DNA of 64,000 bases from an uncultured bacterium. GTDB taxonomy: Bacteria; Planctomycetota; UBA1135; GCA-002686595. Positions 38,502 through 47,412 of the stretch are shown piece after piece; position 1 is the first letter of the stretch, and each line of letters starts with the position of its first letter. Both the position numbers and the translations under genes were made by a program. The notes under the pieces were generated by a model. That model saw nothing but the letters and a program-made list of their open reading frames with translations, had not been told where the DNA came from and searched no databases. The stretch covers positions 480,001 to 544,000 of the forward strand of contig CALSNU010000001.1 of assembly GCA_943787795.1 (NCBI GenBank), in the 5' to 3' direction.

Positions 38502-39608
38502 TCAGGGCGCGAGGCCGTCGATGACCCTGTCGAGGTCCCTGAACGCGGTGTCGGCGTCAAAGGGCATCACCGCGTCCCTGGCGGCGCGGCGGCGTGACGT
38601 GGAGCGCAGGGGTCTGGGGTCACGGGCGAGTGCGACGAGGCGCCCCGCGAGGTCGGAAGGATCCTGGAGGAGGCCGGTCAGGGGGTCGGCGCCCTCGTAG
38701 CCCGAGAGGAGCGCAGGGTAGTTGAGGCGGTCTGGCGCGAGGGGGGAGCCGCCGGCGGCCATGGCCTCGGTGAACGCGACGCCGAAGAACTCGTGGCGCG
38801 CGGTGGAGGCGACGACGTCGCAGCGGCCGAGGATCTCGAGGTATCTGGAGCGATCCTCCACGTGCCCGGAGGTTCGCAGCCAGGGGCGCATGAGGTCCAG
38901 CGCCTCGGCGGCCTGGGGGCCGGCCTTCGCCGGGTGTCCTCCGAGCAGCTCGACCTCGAAGTCCGCCCCCTTGGAGGCCGCGCGGGTCAGCGCGTGCGCG
39001 AAGGCCAGGGGGTCCTTGTCGGGCTCGAGGCGGTGGGGGAAGGCGATCCGGAGCGGACCGTCCCCGCCCGGGCCGAGGGGGACGGACGAGAGCTCGGGCA
39101 TGGGAGGCACCACCGTGGCCGCGTCGAGTGCGCTCGCGAGCTCGGCCCGGGGCGTCGGGCGAGGGAGGCGCCGGAGGACCTCGTCCGCAGCCCCGCGGAA
39201 CTCCTCCAGGTGGAACCTGGAGTTGAAGACCACCCGATCCGCTCGCACCGCGCTGAGGATGTTGCTGAACCCGTGGGTCAGGTCTCGCTCGGCCTGGCCG
39301 CCGGGATAGGTCAGCTGGGTCTCATGGAGGTACATGAGCGACGGCCGGCCGGCCCAGCTCGGCGGGAGGAAGCCGTGGAGTCTGGGGAGGTCCACGTATC
39401 CGCTGCACGCGATCACATCCGGCGGCGCGGCGGTATCCACGCTTCGGGCCAGCTCCCAGGCGCTGGACTCCTGGCGCCACTTCCAGTGGCGCGGCGCGAG
39501 GCCGTGGACCGAGAGGCGGTGTCGTGTTCGCGCGCCCCAGGCGTCCAGGAAGGCGCGGTGGCTGCCGCCGAACCAGGGCTCGAAGAACGCGATCGAGAGG
39601 GAGAGCAC
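38502..39608 (-). CDS. DUF3524/GTDC1-like GT-B glycosyltransferase
   Basis: EPWFGGSH, HWKWR, YLHETQLTYP, FNSRFH, HRLEPDKDP, STARHEFFGV and PDRLNYP. Confidence 0.85.
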   Translation of the reverse strand: MLSLSIAFFEPWFGGSHRAFLDAWGARTRHRLSVHGLAPRHWKWRQESSAWELARSVDTAAPPDVIACSGYVDLPRLHGFLPPSWAGRPSLMYLHETQLTYPGGQAERDLTHGFSNILSAVRADRVVFNSRFHLEEFRGAADEVLRRLPRPTPRAELASALDAATVVPPMPELSSVPLGPGGDGPLRIAFPHRLEPDKDPLAFAHALTRAASKGADFEVELLGGHPAKAGPQAAEALDLMRPWLRTSGHVEDRSRYLEILGRCDVVASTARHEFFGVAFTEAMAAGGSPLAPDRLNYPALLSGYEGADPLTGLLQDPSDLAGRLVALARDPRPLRSTSRRRAARDAVMPFDADTAFRDLDRVIDGLAP

Positions 39609-39732
39609 GGTCCGATCCTAGCCGCAGGGCGTGAGCTGTCTGGTCTGGGGGCTCGGCTTCCGGGGATCTGGCTTGTCGCCCCCGCGGGCGCCGCCGATCA
39701 TGGGGGCTCGCAATCGTCAACGCCCGAAGAAC

Positions 39733-40191
39733 ATGGACAAGCAAGCCGTCGTCGCCACCCTCAACAAGATCCTCGAGATGGAACTCGCGGGGGTCGTCCG
39801 TTACACCCACTACTCGCTGATGGTGTACGGACCGTACCGCATGCCCATCGTGGACTGGCTGCGGGCCCAGGCGACCGAGTCGCTGCTGCACGCCCAGCAG
39901 GCGGGGGAGATGATCACTCAGCTCGGGGAGCACCCGAGCCTCGCGATCGGCCCGCTGCTCGAGACGCACGACCACGACATCGAGGCGATCCTCAAGGAGT
40001 CCCTCGAGCACGAACGCGACACGCTGGGCTTCTACAACGAGCTGCGCCAGCGCGTCGAGGGCCACTCGGTGATGCTCGAGGAGTACGCGCGCCAGATGCT
40101 CGCCACCGAGGAGCAGCACCTCGGCGAGGTCGACCGCATGCTCCGCCGGCCCGGTGACGTCGCCTCGGCGGCCGTCGGGCTCATGGGCTGA
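39733..40191 (+). CDS. Ferritin-like / bacterioferritin-like protein
   Basis: LNKILEMELAG, ESLLHA, ESLEHE and EEQH ferroxidase-type ligands. Confidence 0.88.
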   Translation: MDKQAVVATLNKILEMELAGVVRYTHYSLMVYGPYRMPIVDWLRAQATESLLHAQQAGEMITQLGEHPSLAIGPLLETHDHDIEAILKESLEHERDTLGFYNELRQRVEGHSVMLEEYARQMLATEEQHLGEVDRMLRRPGDVASAAVGLMG

Positions 40192-40201
40192 GGCCGAGCT
40201 G

Positions 40202-41584
40202 ATGGCCGCTCGCAAGCGCTTCAGCGTCATGCGGGATCCGGTGCACGGAGACGTGTACCTGACCCATGAAGAGCTCCGCGTGCTCGACACGCCGGAGATG
40301 CAGCGCATGCGCGGCATCAAGCAGCTGGGGCCGGCCTACCTGGTCTTCCCCGGGGCGCTGCATACCCGCTTCGATCACTCGATCGGGACGGTGCACGTGG
40401 CGCAGAAGATGATCGACGCGATCAACCTCTCGTTCCAGCTGGACCCCGCGCGCGGGATCGCCATCGGGGACGAGGAGGCGCGCGTCATCCGGATGGCGGG
40501 GCTGTTGCACGACGTGACGCACATCCCGTTCGGCCACAACATCGAGGACCAGGACGCGCTCTTCGAGCGCCACGACTCGGCCTATCGCTACGAGAGGATG
40601 TTCAGCCGGGACACGCCCATCGGCAAGATCCTGGAGGAGCTCGGGCTCCGGGAGGAGGTCTTCAGCGTCCTCACGAAGCCCGGCACCCCCGGGCGCCGGG
40701 ACGTCCCTCCGTACTGGGGGCAGGTCCTCTCGGGGACGATCGCCGCGGACATCCTCGACTACCTCGCGCGGGACGCCTACTTCACGGGGCTCCGGCTCCA
40801 GGTCGACGAGCGCGTCCACAGCTACTTCAAGATCGATCGCTCCACCGGCAATCTCTACATCGACCTGGCGAAGCATGACCTCCTGCGGGAGGACATCCTG
40901 AGCGAGATCGTCCGCATGCTGGAGGCGCGGTACTTCTTCAGCGAGCGCGTTTACTACCACCACGCCAAGGTCGCCGCAGGCGCGCTGGTCGCCCGCGCCA
41001 TCGACCTCCTCGTGCGGGAGGAGGCGCTGGGCGAGCAGGACCTCTACGGCACCACGGACAGCTCGATCCTCGAGGTGCTCCTCCGGGCCGCGGCGAGGTG
41101 TCAGCCGGGGACGCAGGCCACGGTCCGAGACCTGGTCGAGCGCTTCCAGGAGCGGCGGTTGTTCAAGCGCGCGTGTGTCTTCCCGGCCTATGAGAACGCG
41201 GAGGTTCAGGCGGAGCTCGTGGACCGCTTCTTCGCCGCAGGCGGCGGGGAGGCGCGGGCCCTCGTCGAGGGACGTATCGAGGAGACGGTGCGCTTCGCCA
41301 CGGGCCGCGAGATCAAGGTCATCGTCTACTGCCCCGCGCGGGAGATGCAGCTCAAGGAGGCTCGCATTCACGTCCGCTGGCCTGGCGTGGAGGGCGTGCA
41401 CCCGCTGTCGGACTTCGCCGACAGGGTGCCGAGGCTCGGCGACCTGGAGCGCTCGTACCGCGACCTGTGGAAGTTCTACGTGCTCTGCGACGATCCGGAT
41501 CGGGACGTGCTCTTGAAGGTCCAGGAGGTCGCCGCGGCGGAGTTCCCTGGGGCCCGGAACGTCTACTCGATCGCTCCGGCCTGA
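40202..41584 (+). CDS. HD-domain phosphohydrolase (SAMHD1/dNTPase-like)
   Basis: DPVHG, QRMRGIKQLG, HTRFDHSIG, LLHDVTHIPFGH, ADILDYLARD and VYYHH. Confidence 0.9.
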   Translation: MAARKRFSVMRDPVHGDVYLTHEELRVLDTPEMQRMRGIKQLGPAYLVFPGALHTRFDHSIGTVHVAQKMIDAINLSFQLDPARGIAIGDEEARVIRMAGLLHDVTHIPFGHNIEDQDALFERHDSAYRYERMFSRDTPIGKILEELGLREEVFSVLTKPGTPGRRDVPPYWGQVLSGTIAADILDYLARDAYFTGLRLQVDERVHSYFKIDRSTGNLYIDLAKHDLLREDILSEIVRMLEARYFFSERVYYHHAKVAAGALVARAIDLLVREEALGEQDLYGTTDSSILEVLLRAAARCQPGTQATVRDLVERFQERRLFKRACVFPAYENAEVQAELVDRFFAAGGGEARALVEGRIEETVRFATGREIKVIVYCPAREMQLKEARIHVRWPGVEGVHPLSDFADRVPRLGDLERSYRDLWKFYVLCDDPDRDVLLKVQEVAAAEFPGARNVYSIAPA

Positions 41585-41827
41585 CCGCCAGCGGAGACCT
41601 CGGATCACCCGAGGGAGTTGGACGCGCGTGGGGGGGCCGGCGCCTCGGACCAGCGCGAGAGGGCCCGCACCCTGGGCGGGGCCCGGCCTCGAGCGCTAGC
41701 CCCGTCAACCGCCGCGTGACCTGCTCCTCTGTACCTCGAACGAGGCCGGGCTGATGGGAGGGTGCCGGAGCGCGACTGGCCCCACCCGCGGCGGCGGAGG
41801 GGGGTCTTCGGGGTCATCGGGGGCGAC

Positions 41828-42997
41828 TCAGGGGCGCGTCGAGAGGAACCTCTCGAGGCGGGTGAGGGCTTCCACGAGGCGCTCCTCGCTCAAGGCGTAG
41901 GAGAGGCGGATGTGTCGCGGCGCTCCGAAGGCGGTGCCGGGCACGGTCGCGAGGGCCTCGGCTTCAAGGAGGTCGGCGCAGAATCCCTCGCTGCCGCGCT
42001 CGTCGAAGCGCTCGTGGAGGTCCGGGAAGGCATAGAACGCGCCCTTGGGCTCGGGGCCCCGAAGTCCCATGCGATCGAGCCCGTCGATGACCACCTGCCG
42101 CCGTCGATCGAAGGTGGCGATCATCTCCTTCACCTCCTCGGGCTCCTCCACGAGGCAGGCCTCGAAGGCGCGCTGGGAGATGTAGTTCGGGCAGCCAGAG
42201 ATCTGGCTCTGCAGGTTGCCCACGGTCCGGGCCAGGTCAGGGGTCGCTGCGAGGTAGCCGATTCGGTATCCCGTCATGGCGAAGATCTTGCTCGCGCCAT
42301 CCACGAGCACGGTGCGCTCCTTCATGGCCGGCGAGATGGAGGTCGGGGAGACGTGCTCCGCGCCGTCGAAGACCAGCCGCCCGTAGATCTCGTCCGAGAT
42401 CATCCACAGGTCGTGCTCCTCGCAGATCGACGCGAGCTGCTCGAGCTCCTCCCTGGTCCAGACGTAGCCAGACGGGTTGCTGGGAGTGTTGAGCATGACC
42501 CCCCGGGTCTTCCCAGTGATCGCCTCGCGGACGGCGTCAAGGTCTGGGGCGCAGGTGCCGTCCGGCCTTGGAGCGGCATGCACCGCCACGCCGCCTGCCA
42601 GCTGAACCTGGGCGTAGTAGCTGCTCCAGGCGGGATCCAGGAGCACGACCTCGTCGCCGGGGTCGACCAGCGCCAGGAGCGTGTGGCTCAGGGCGTGCTT
42701 GGCGCTGTGGCAGATCACGACGTTCTCTGCGCCGAAGGGGACGCCGCGCGTCTGGCTGAGATGCCCGGCCACCGCCTGCCGGAGCGAGGCGAGCCCGGCG
42801 GCGGGCGTGTACTTCACGGCGCCGCCGTCAATCGCTGCGATCGCCGCCTCGCGGGCGAGGCGAGGCGCATCAAAGTCGGGCTCACCGACCGCCATGTTGA
42901 TGACGTCGCGGCCGGCGGCAGCCATCTCCTTGGCGGAGGCGGCGAGGGCGAGGGTGACCGAGCCCTTGAGGCTGGAGACGCGCTGACTCAGTTCCAT
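41828..42997 (-). CDS. PLP-dependent class I/II aminotransferase (aspartate aminotransferase-like)
   Basis: GEPDF, YTPAAG, NTPSNPSG, SDEIY and SKIFAMTGYRIG. Start at ATG 42997. Confidence 0.93.
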   Translation of the reverse strand: MELSQRVSSLKGSVTLALAASAKEMAAAGRDVINMAVGEPDFDAPRLAREAAIAAIDGGAVKYTPAAGLASLRQAVAGHLSQTRGVPFGAENVVICHSAKHALSHTLLALVDPGDEVVLLDPAWSSYYAQVQLAGGVAVHAAPRPDGTCAPDLDAVREAITGKTRGVMLNTPSNPSGYVWTREELEQLASICEEHDLWMISDEIYGRLVFDGAEHVSPTSISPAMKERTVLVDGASKIFAMTGYRIGYLAATPDLARTVGNLQSQISGCPNYISQRAFEACLVEEPEEVKEMIATFDRRRQVVIDGLDRMGLRGPEPKGAFYAFPDLHERFDERGSEGFCADLLEAEALATVPGTAFGAPRHIRLSYALSEERLVEALTRLERFLSTRP

Positions 42998-43153
42998 GGG
43001 GGTCCTGGAGGTGGGAAAGGCCAGATGGTGCCCACCCGGCGGCTGTTCCGGCACGAATCTCGACCTGAAATCGGGGAAGCCAGGGCGGCCCCGGTCGTAG
43101 ATTCTCCATCTGTGCCTAGCCCCGGGTAACCCCTCCGGTAGACCGACACGAAC

Positions 43154-45208
43154 ATGACCCTCAAGAAGCGCCTCATCAAGCTGGGCTGTATCGGCCTGCT
43201 GCTCCTCTCGTTCATCGGCTACTTCGCCTTCTCGACGCTGCTCTTCTCGCCCCTCGAGGGGCGGTTCAACGCAGACGTCGCGGGGCTGATCCCGAGGGAT
43301 GTGGACCTCTACGTGGCGAGAGCCGAGCTCCGGACCGCCTTCACCGACTTTCCCGACCTTGCGGTCATGGAAGAGCTGGAAGGTAACGATGGGTATCAAG
43401 CGCTGGTGACCTCCTCCGAGTGGGCGGACTTCGCGCAGGAGCAGCGGATCGAGGCGCTCCTGGCTGACGTCCGCGGGCAACTCGGACAGCTGCCTGCCGG
43501 GCTCGACCTCCTCGACATCATCGGCGGGGAGGACTTCGCCGTGGCCGCCAATTTCACGGGGCGCTCCTTCGAGGACGCGGAGTGGGCGGCCTATGCGCGG
43601 CTCTCCCTGTGGGGGCGCGGCGCGGTCTCCGGGCTCGAGTATCCGGGGCTGCTCGGGCTCGAAGATCAGGGCATCACCGTTGAAGGGGCTGGGGGCTTGA
43701 AGACGATCAAGTCCGCGCAGCTTCCGCGACCCATCCACGTTGCGCGGATCAAGGATGTCGCGATCATCGGCACCTCCCGTGATCTCGTCGAGCGTGCGGT
43801 CCAGCTCGAGGCGACCGGGTCCAAGGACTCGCTCCTGCTCGCCGCGCCGTACAACGACTCGATCCTGTCTGTGGAGCGCGACGACAAGCAGCGTGACTTC
43901 GAACTGCAGGTTGACCTGCGCGAGCTGCGGGAGTCGTACGGGCTGACCGAGGGGCTCTTGAAGAAGGACGACGAGCGCTTCACGCCGGCGTTCCTCGCGC
44001 GGCTCCTGCCGCTGGACGCCATCCGTCGAGTGCTCGGGGTCGTGGACTTCGAGGAGGGTGTCGACATCGACCTGAGCGGCGACTTCTCCTCGGAGCTGAT
44101 GACGGCGGCCCAGGAGCGGATCTACCGCTTCAAGGGCTTCGACCAGGATGAGGTGCTCGAGGTCGCCCGCTTCGCCCCAGACGACAGCACGCTCTTCGTC
44201 TACATCCGTGGGCCGATCGCGACCATGCTCCAGATGGTGGTGGACTCCCTCGAGCCCGCGGCGCGGAGCAACCTTGAGGGGTCGATCAAGCAGATCGGCG
44301 TCAACAGCATCGCGGACCTGATCGGGATCCTCGATAGCTCGCTCGTTGACCGGGTGGCCTTCATCGCTCGCCCGAATGACTGGGGCTACGAGTCAGACAT
44401 GGAGCTCGACCCCGAGTCAGGTGAGATGGTCTACACCGGGCCACCGAACGACGGGGCGCCGGTCTTCGCCTGGGCCGTCGTCACCTGGATGGCGGACGAG
44501 GCAAAGCTGGTCGACCTGCGTGAGAAGGTCACCGTCGCGGGCTCTCGGATCGGCATTCAGGGGGCGAAGCCTGGTCAGTCCGGGTTCTTCAAGAAGCCCA
44601 TCGGTGGCGGCCTCACGGTACGCGAGTACTGGTCCCAGCTCATCCCGGGGACCGGGCACCTCGCGTCTCTCATGTATGGAGACAACCTGCTCCTCTCGAA
44701 TCGCTACGCGCTCATCGACTCGCTGGTGAGGAATCGCAACGGGCAGTCTGCTGCCGTGCCACGCCTGTCCAACAGCAGGGATTTTCAGGTGGCCCTGATC
44801 GACTCTGTACCCAGCGCCAACGTGCTCGCCTGGCTGAACCCCGCCACGGGCAGCGCGCTGCTAAGAGACCAGGCACGCCTCGACGCAAAGAACCGGATCA
44901 CCCGCTCCATTGACTACGCGACCAAGCGGCGCGAGGTGGAGCGGGACGTCCTGTCGAGGGTCTTCGGTGGTCGGCCGCGCGCGCAGTTGACGGCGGACGA
45001 TATTCGCCGGCTGGACGACCTGGTCGACCAGCAGCTTGTGTCCTTCACCGAGCAGATGGTCGCGTCGAACATGCCGCGGGAGCTGGAGGAGGTCCAGCGC
45101 CTCAAGACCTACCTGGACTCGGTGAGGTCCGTGCTGACGATGATCCGCCTCTCCCCGAAGGACTTCGAGTTGACCATCCGAGCCGACGTACCGATCGACG
45201 GGGAGTGA
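43154..45208 (+). CDS. Hypothetical membrane-anchored protein (684 aa)
   Basis: Long ORF with typical codon bias and an N-terminal basic + hydrophobic anchor. No recognised motif. Confidence 0.8.
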   Translation: MTLKKRLIKLGCIGLLLLSFIGYFAFSTLLFSPLEGRFNADVAGLIPRDVDLYVARAELRTAFTDFPDLAVMEELEGNDGYQALVTSSEWADFAQEQRIEALLADVRGQLGQLPAGLDLLDIIGGEDFAVAANFTGRSFEDAEWAAYARLSLWGRGAVSGLEYPGLLGLEDQGITVEGAGGLKTIKSAQLPRPIHVARIKDVAIIGTSRDLVERAVQLEATGSKDSLLLAAPYNDSILSVERDDKQRDFELQVDLRELRESYGLTEGLLKKDDERFTPAFLARLLPLDAIRRVLGVVDFEEGVDIDLSGDFSSELMTAAQERIYRFKGFDQDEVLEVARFAPDDSTLFVYIRGPIATMLQMVVDSLEPAARSNLEGSIKQIGVNSIADLIGILDSSLVDRVAFIARPNDWGYESDMELDPESGEMVYTGPPNDGAPVFAWAVVTWMADEAKLVDLREKVTVAGSRIGIQGAKPGQSGFFKKPIGGGLTVREYWSQLIPGTGHLASLMYGDNLLLSNRYALIDSLVRNRNGQSAAVPRLSNSRDFQVALIDSVPSANVLAWLNPATGSALLRDQARLDAKNRITRSIDYATKRREVERDVLSRVFGGRPRAQLTADDIRRLDDLVDQQLVSFTEQMVASNMPRELEEVQRLKTYLDSVRSVLTMIRLSPKDFELTIRADVPIDGE

Positions 45209-45518
45209 GAGCCCGGTGGGCCCTCGGCCCCGGTGTCCGTTCGTCCTTGGCGCTGGCCTGGAACTCATCGTGCCGGCGACGCGTCGAGCGGAGAGGGGCC
45301 GTGAGCGCGTATTCCTCCGGAGGGCGGGTGCGCCCCTCTGCTCCTCTGAGCCCTCTCGTCCTGGCCGGGAACGACTGGCCGCGCGGCGAAGCCGCCCGGA
45401 GCCCGAGCGCTCCCGGGGGGATGTGACCCACACCGTGCTCCGCTCCTTGCGGACTCCGTCGCTGGGGAGGGGCCGGCGTTGACAGGCGCGGCCTCGATCC
45501 CTTCGCCCCGACCCGGTG

Positions 45519-45582
45519 TTGGATCCCCTGCGTCTTGGATCCCCTGCGTCTTGGATCCACGGCGTCTTGGATCCACTGCGCG
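45519..45582. repeat. 16-bp tandem repeat x4
   Basis: ttggatcccctgcgtc x2 / ttggatccacggcgtc / ttggatccactgcgcg. Confidence 0.9.
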
Positions 45583-45660
45583 GAGGCATACGGCGCGGAG
45601 GCATACGGCGCGGAGGCACACGGCGCGGAGGCACACGGCGCGGAGGCACATCGTGCGGAA
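45578..45660. repeat. 15-bp tandem repeat, about 5 copies
   Basis: gcgcggaggca(t/c)acg repeated, with the last copy degenerate. Confidence 0.9.
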
Positions 45661-45796
45661 GCAAGCCCGGGCCCGTCCGCCGAGCCCGTCCGCTTGGCCC
45701 GTCCGCTGGACCGACCTGCCGCCCCTTTGAGGCACAGGGTCCAAGCAAGAAGGCGCGTGAGGCTTCACCTTGCGACCCCTCTCAAGAGGGGGAAGG

Positions 45797-45883
45797 TGGT
45801 GCCCGGAACTGGAATCGAACCAGCACGGGTATTATCCCACCAGATCCTTAGTCTGGCGCGTCTACCAATTCCGCCACCCGGGC
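45797..45883 (-). tRNA. tRNA-Leu, anticodon AAG, CCA encoded (87 nt)
   Basis: Reverse complement: GCCCGGG TGGCGGAATTGGTAGACGCG CCAGA CT-AAG-GA TCTGG TGGGATAATACCCGT GCTGG TTCGATT CCAGT TCCGGGC A CCA. Full cloverleaf with a long variable arm and discriminator A73. Confidence 0.95.
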
Positions 45884-45928
45884 TCCATCACGCGGCGCCG
45901 TGGCGAATTGCCGCGGCATCCTTCTGCT

Positions 45929-45934
45929 TGTCAA
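45929..45934 (-). promoter_or_regulatory. Candidate -35 element of the tRNA promoter
   Basis: Perfect TTGACA about 45 nt upstream of the tRNA. The -10 match is poor. Confidence 0.35.
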
Positions 45935-46118
45935 TCCCGGCCAGAGCAGCGCACTGTCCGAGGCTGGGAAGATTAGGGACGAATGCCCCGGTCGGCAACC
46001 GTCAGAACCACTTTTGCGTGTTTGAGGTGAATCGGGGCGCACTAAGATCTTCGCGACCTCGGCCGGCACGTTTCGCTGGAGGGGCGCTCAGAATCCAATC
46101 TACACCCTCTCCTCGACG

Positions 46119-47348
46119 ATGTCCCAACTCCGTGGCCACGCGCTCATCGGTCAATCCGGCGGCCCCACCGCAGTCATCAACCAGAGCCTCGTCGGGCTCG
46201 TAGAGAGCTGCGTTGAGCACCCGGACATCACGGGGGTCTACGGCGCCCTGAACGGGATCCAGGGCATCATCGAGGAGCGCCTGATCGACCTCGGCCGCGA
46301 GTCCCGCGAGGAGCTTGAGCGGGTCGCCATGACGCCTGCTGCGGCCCTCGGCTCCGTCCGCAGGAAGCCGACCGCGGAGGCCTGCCGGCGCGTCCTCGAC
46401 GTGTTCAAGGCCCACGACATCCGGTACTTCTTCTACGTCGGCGGGAACGACTCGGCGGAGACGGCCCACCTTCTCAACGAGGCCGCCCTTGAGATCGGCT
46501 ACGAGGTCCGCCTCTTCCACGTCCCGAAGACCATCGATAACGACCTCGCCGGCTGCGACCACACCCCCGGGTTCGCTTCCGCGGCGCGCTTCGTTGCCCA
46601 GGCATTCATGGGCGATGACCAGGACAACCGAAGCCTGGGCGGGGTGAAGATCAACGTGATCATGGGGCGTCACGCCGGGTGGCTGACTGCTGCGAGCCGG
46701 CTCGCGCGCCGCCACGAGGGAGACGGACCTCACCTGATTTACCTCCCCGAGGGAGTCTTCGATCGGCAGGAGTTCTGCGACCGGGTCGAGGAGATGCTCC
46801 TGAAGCACGGACGCTGCCTGGTGGCCGTCTCCGAGGGCATCCATGACGCCGAGGGCAAGGTCATCGCCAGCGGCACCGAGGTGGACAGCCACGGCAACAT
46901 TCAGCTCTCGGGAACCGGCGCCCTCGGCGACTACCTCTCCGAGCTGGTCAAGGCCAAGGTCTCGGCGGCCAAGCGCGTCAGGGCGGACACGTTCGGCTAC
47001 CTGCAGCGTAGCTTCTTCGGGGTCATCTCCGAGCAGGACGCGCTCGAGGCCCGCGAGGTGGGCCGGGCCGCCGTTCGGGTCGCCACATCGGGCGACTGCC
47101 AGCACGGCTCACTGGCCATCCAGCGCGGGACCAATGAGGGGACGTACGAGCCGCTCTACGTGGTGAACGACCTCTCGGTCGTGGCCGCAGCGACCCGCCA
47201 TGTACCCGAAGAGTTCATCGAAGGTTCAGATGATGTCTCGAGTGCGTTCGTGGAGTGGGCGACGCCGCTGGTCGGCGCGCTCCCCGTGCCCGGGCGCCTC
47301 GCGAGCCACCCGGTCACGCCGAAGACTGGCGCGACTCAGCTCAGCTGA
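46119..47348 (+). CDS. pfp: Pyrophosphate-dependent phosphofructokinase
   Basis: QSGGP, GGNDS (Asp at the PPi-specificity position), PKTIDND, MGR and FGYLQRS. Confidence 0.88.
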   Translation: MSQLRGHALIGQSGGPTAVINQSLVGLVESCVEHPDITGVYGALNGIQGIIEERLIDLGRESREELERVAMTPAAALGSVRRKPTAEACRRVLDVFKAHDIRYFFYVGGNDSAETAHLLNEAALEIGYEVRLFHVPKTIDNDLAGCDHTPGFASAARFVAQAFMGDDQDNRSLGGVKINVIMGRHAGWLTAASRLARRHEGDGPHLIYLPEGVFDRQEFCDRVEEMLLKHGRCLVAVSEGIHDAEGKVIASGTEVDSHGNIQLSGTGALGDYLSELVKAKVSAAKRVRADTFGYLQRSFFGVISEQDALEAREVGRAAVRVATSGDCQHGSLAIQRGTNEGTYEPLYVVNDLSVVAAATRHVPEEFIEGSDDVSSAFVEWATPLVGALPVPGRLASHPVTPKTGATQLS

Positions 47349-47412
47349 GCTCGCGGGCTTCGTGCCGAATGCGGAGGCGACGGCCTCGCGCATTCGGCAT
47401 ATCATGGGGAGC

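Noticed and set aside
41828..43738. Apparent N-terminal fusions in the ORF track (aminotransferase 636 aa, ABC ATPase 590 aa, FHA 549 aa)
   Set aside because: The extensions overlap real genes on the opposite strand. The true starts are internal ATGs at 42997, 60894 and 60940.
45519..45660. Possible CRISPR array
   Set aside because: The 15-16 bp units are directly adjacent with no unique spacers, and there are no cas genes in the window.
45209..45883. Prophage or genomic island integrated at the tRNA
   Set aside because: No integrase or phage genes are present, and I noticed no duplicated tRNA 3' end in the window.
45535..46203. ORF with AEAYG/AEAHG repeats, and the opposite-strand CLRAV ORF
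   Set aside because: Both are by-products of a 15-bp repeat. The plus-strand ORF also runs through the tRNA and into pfp.
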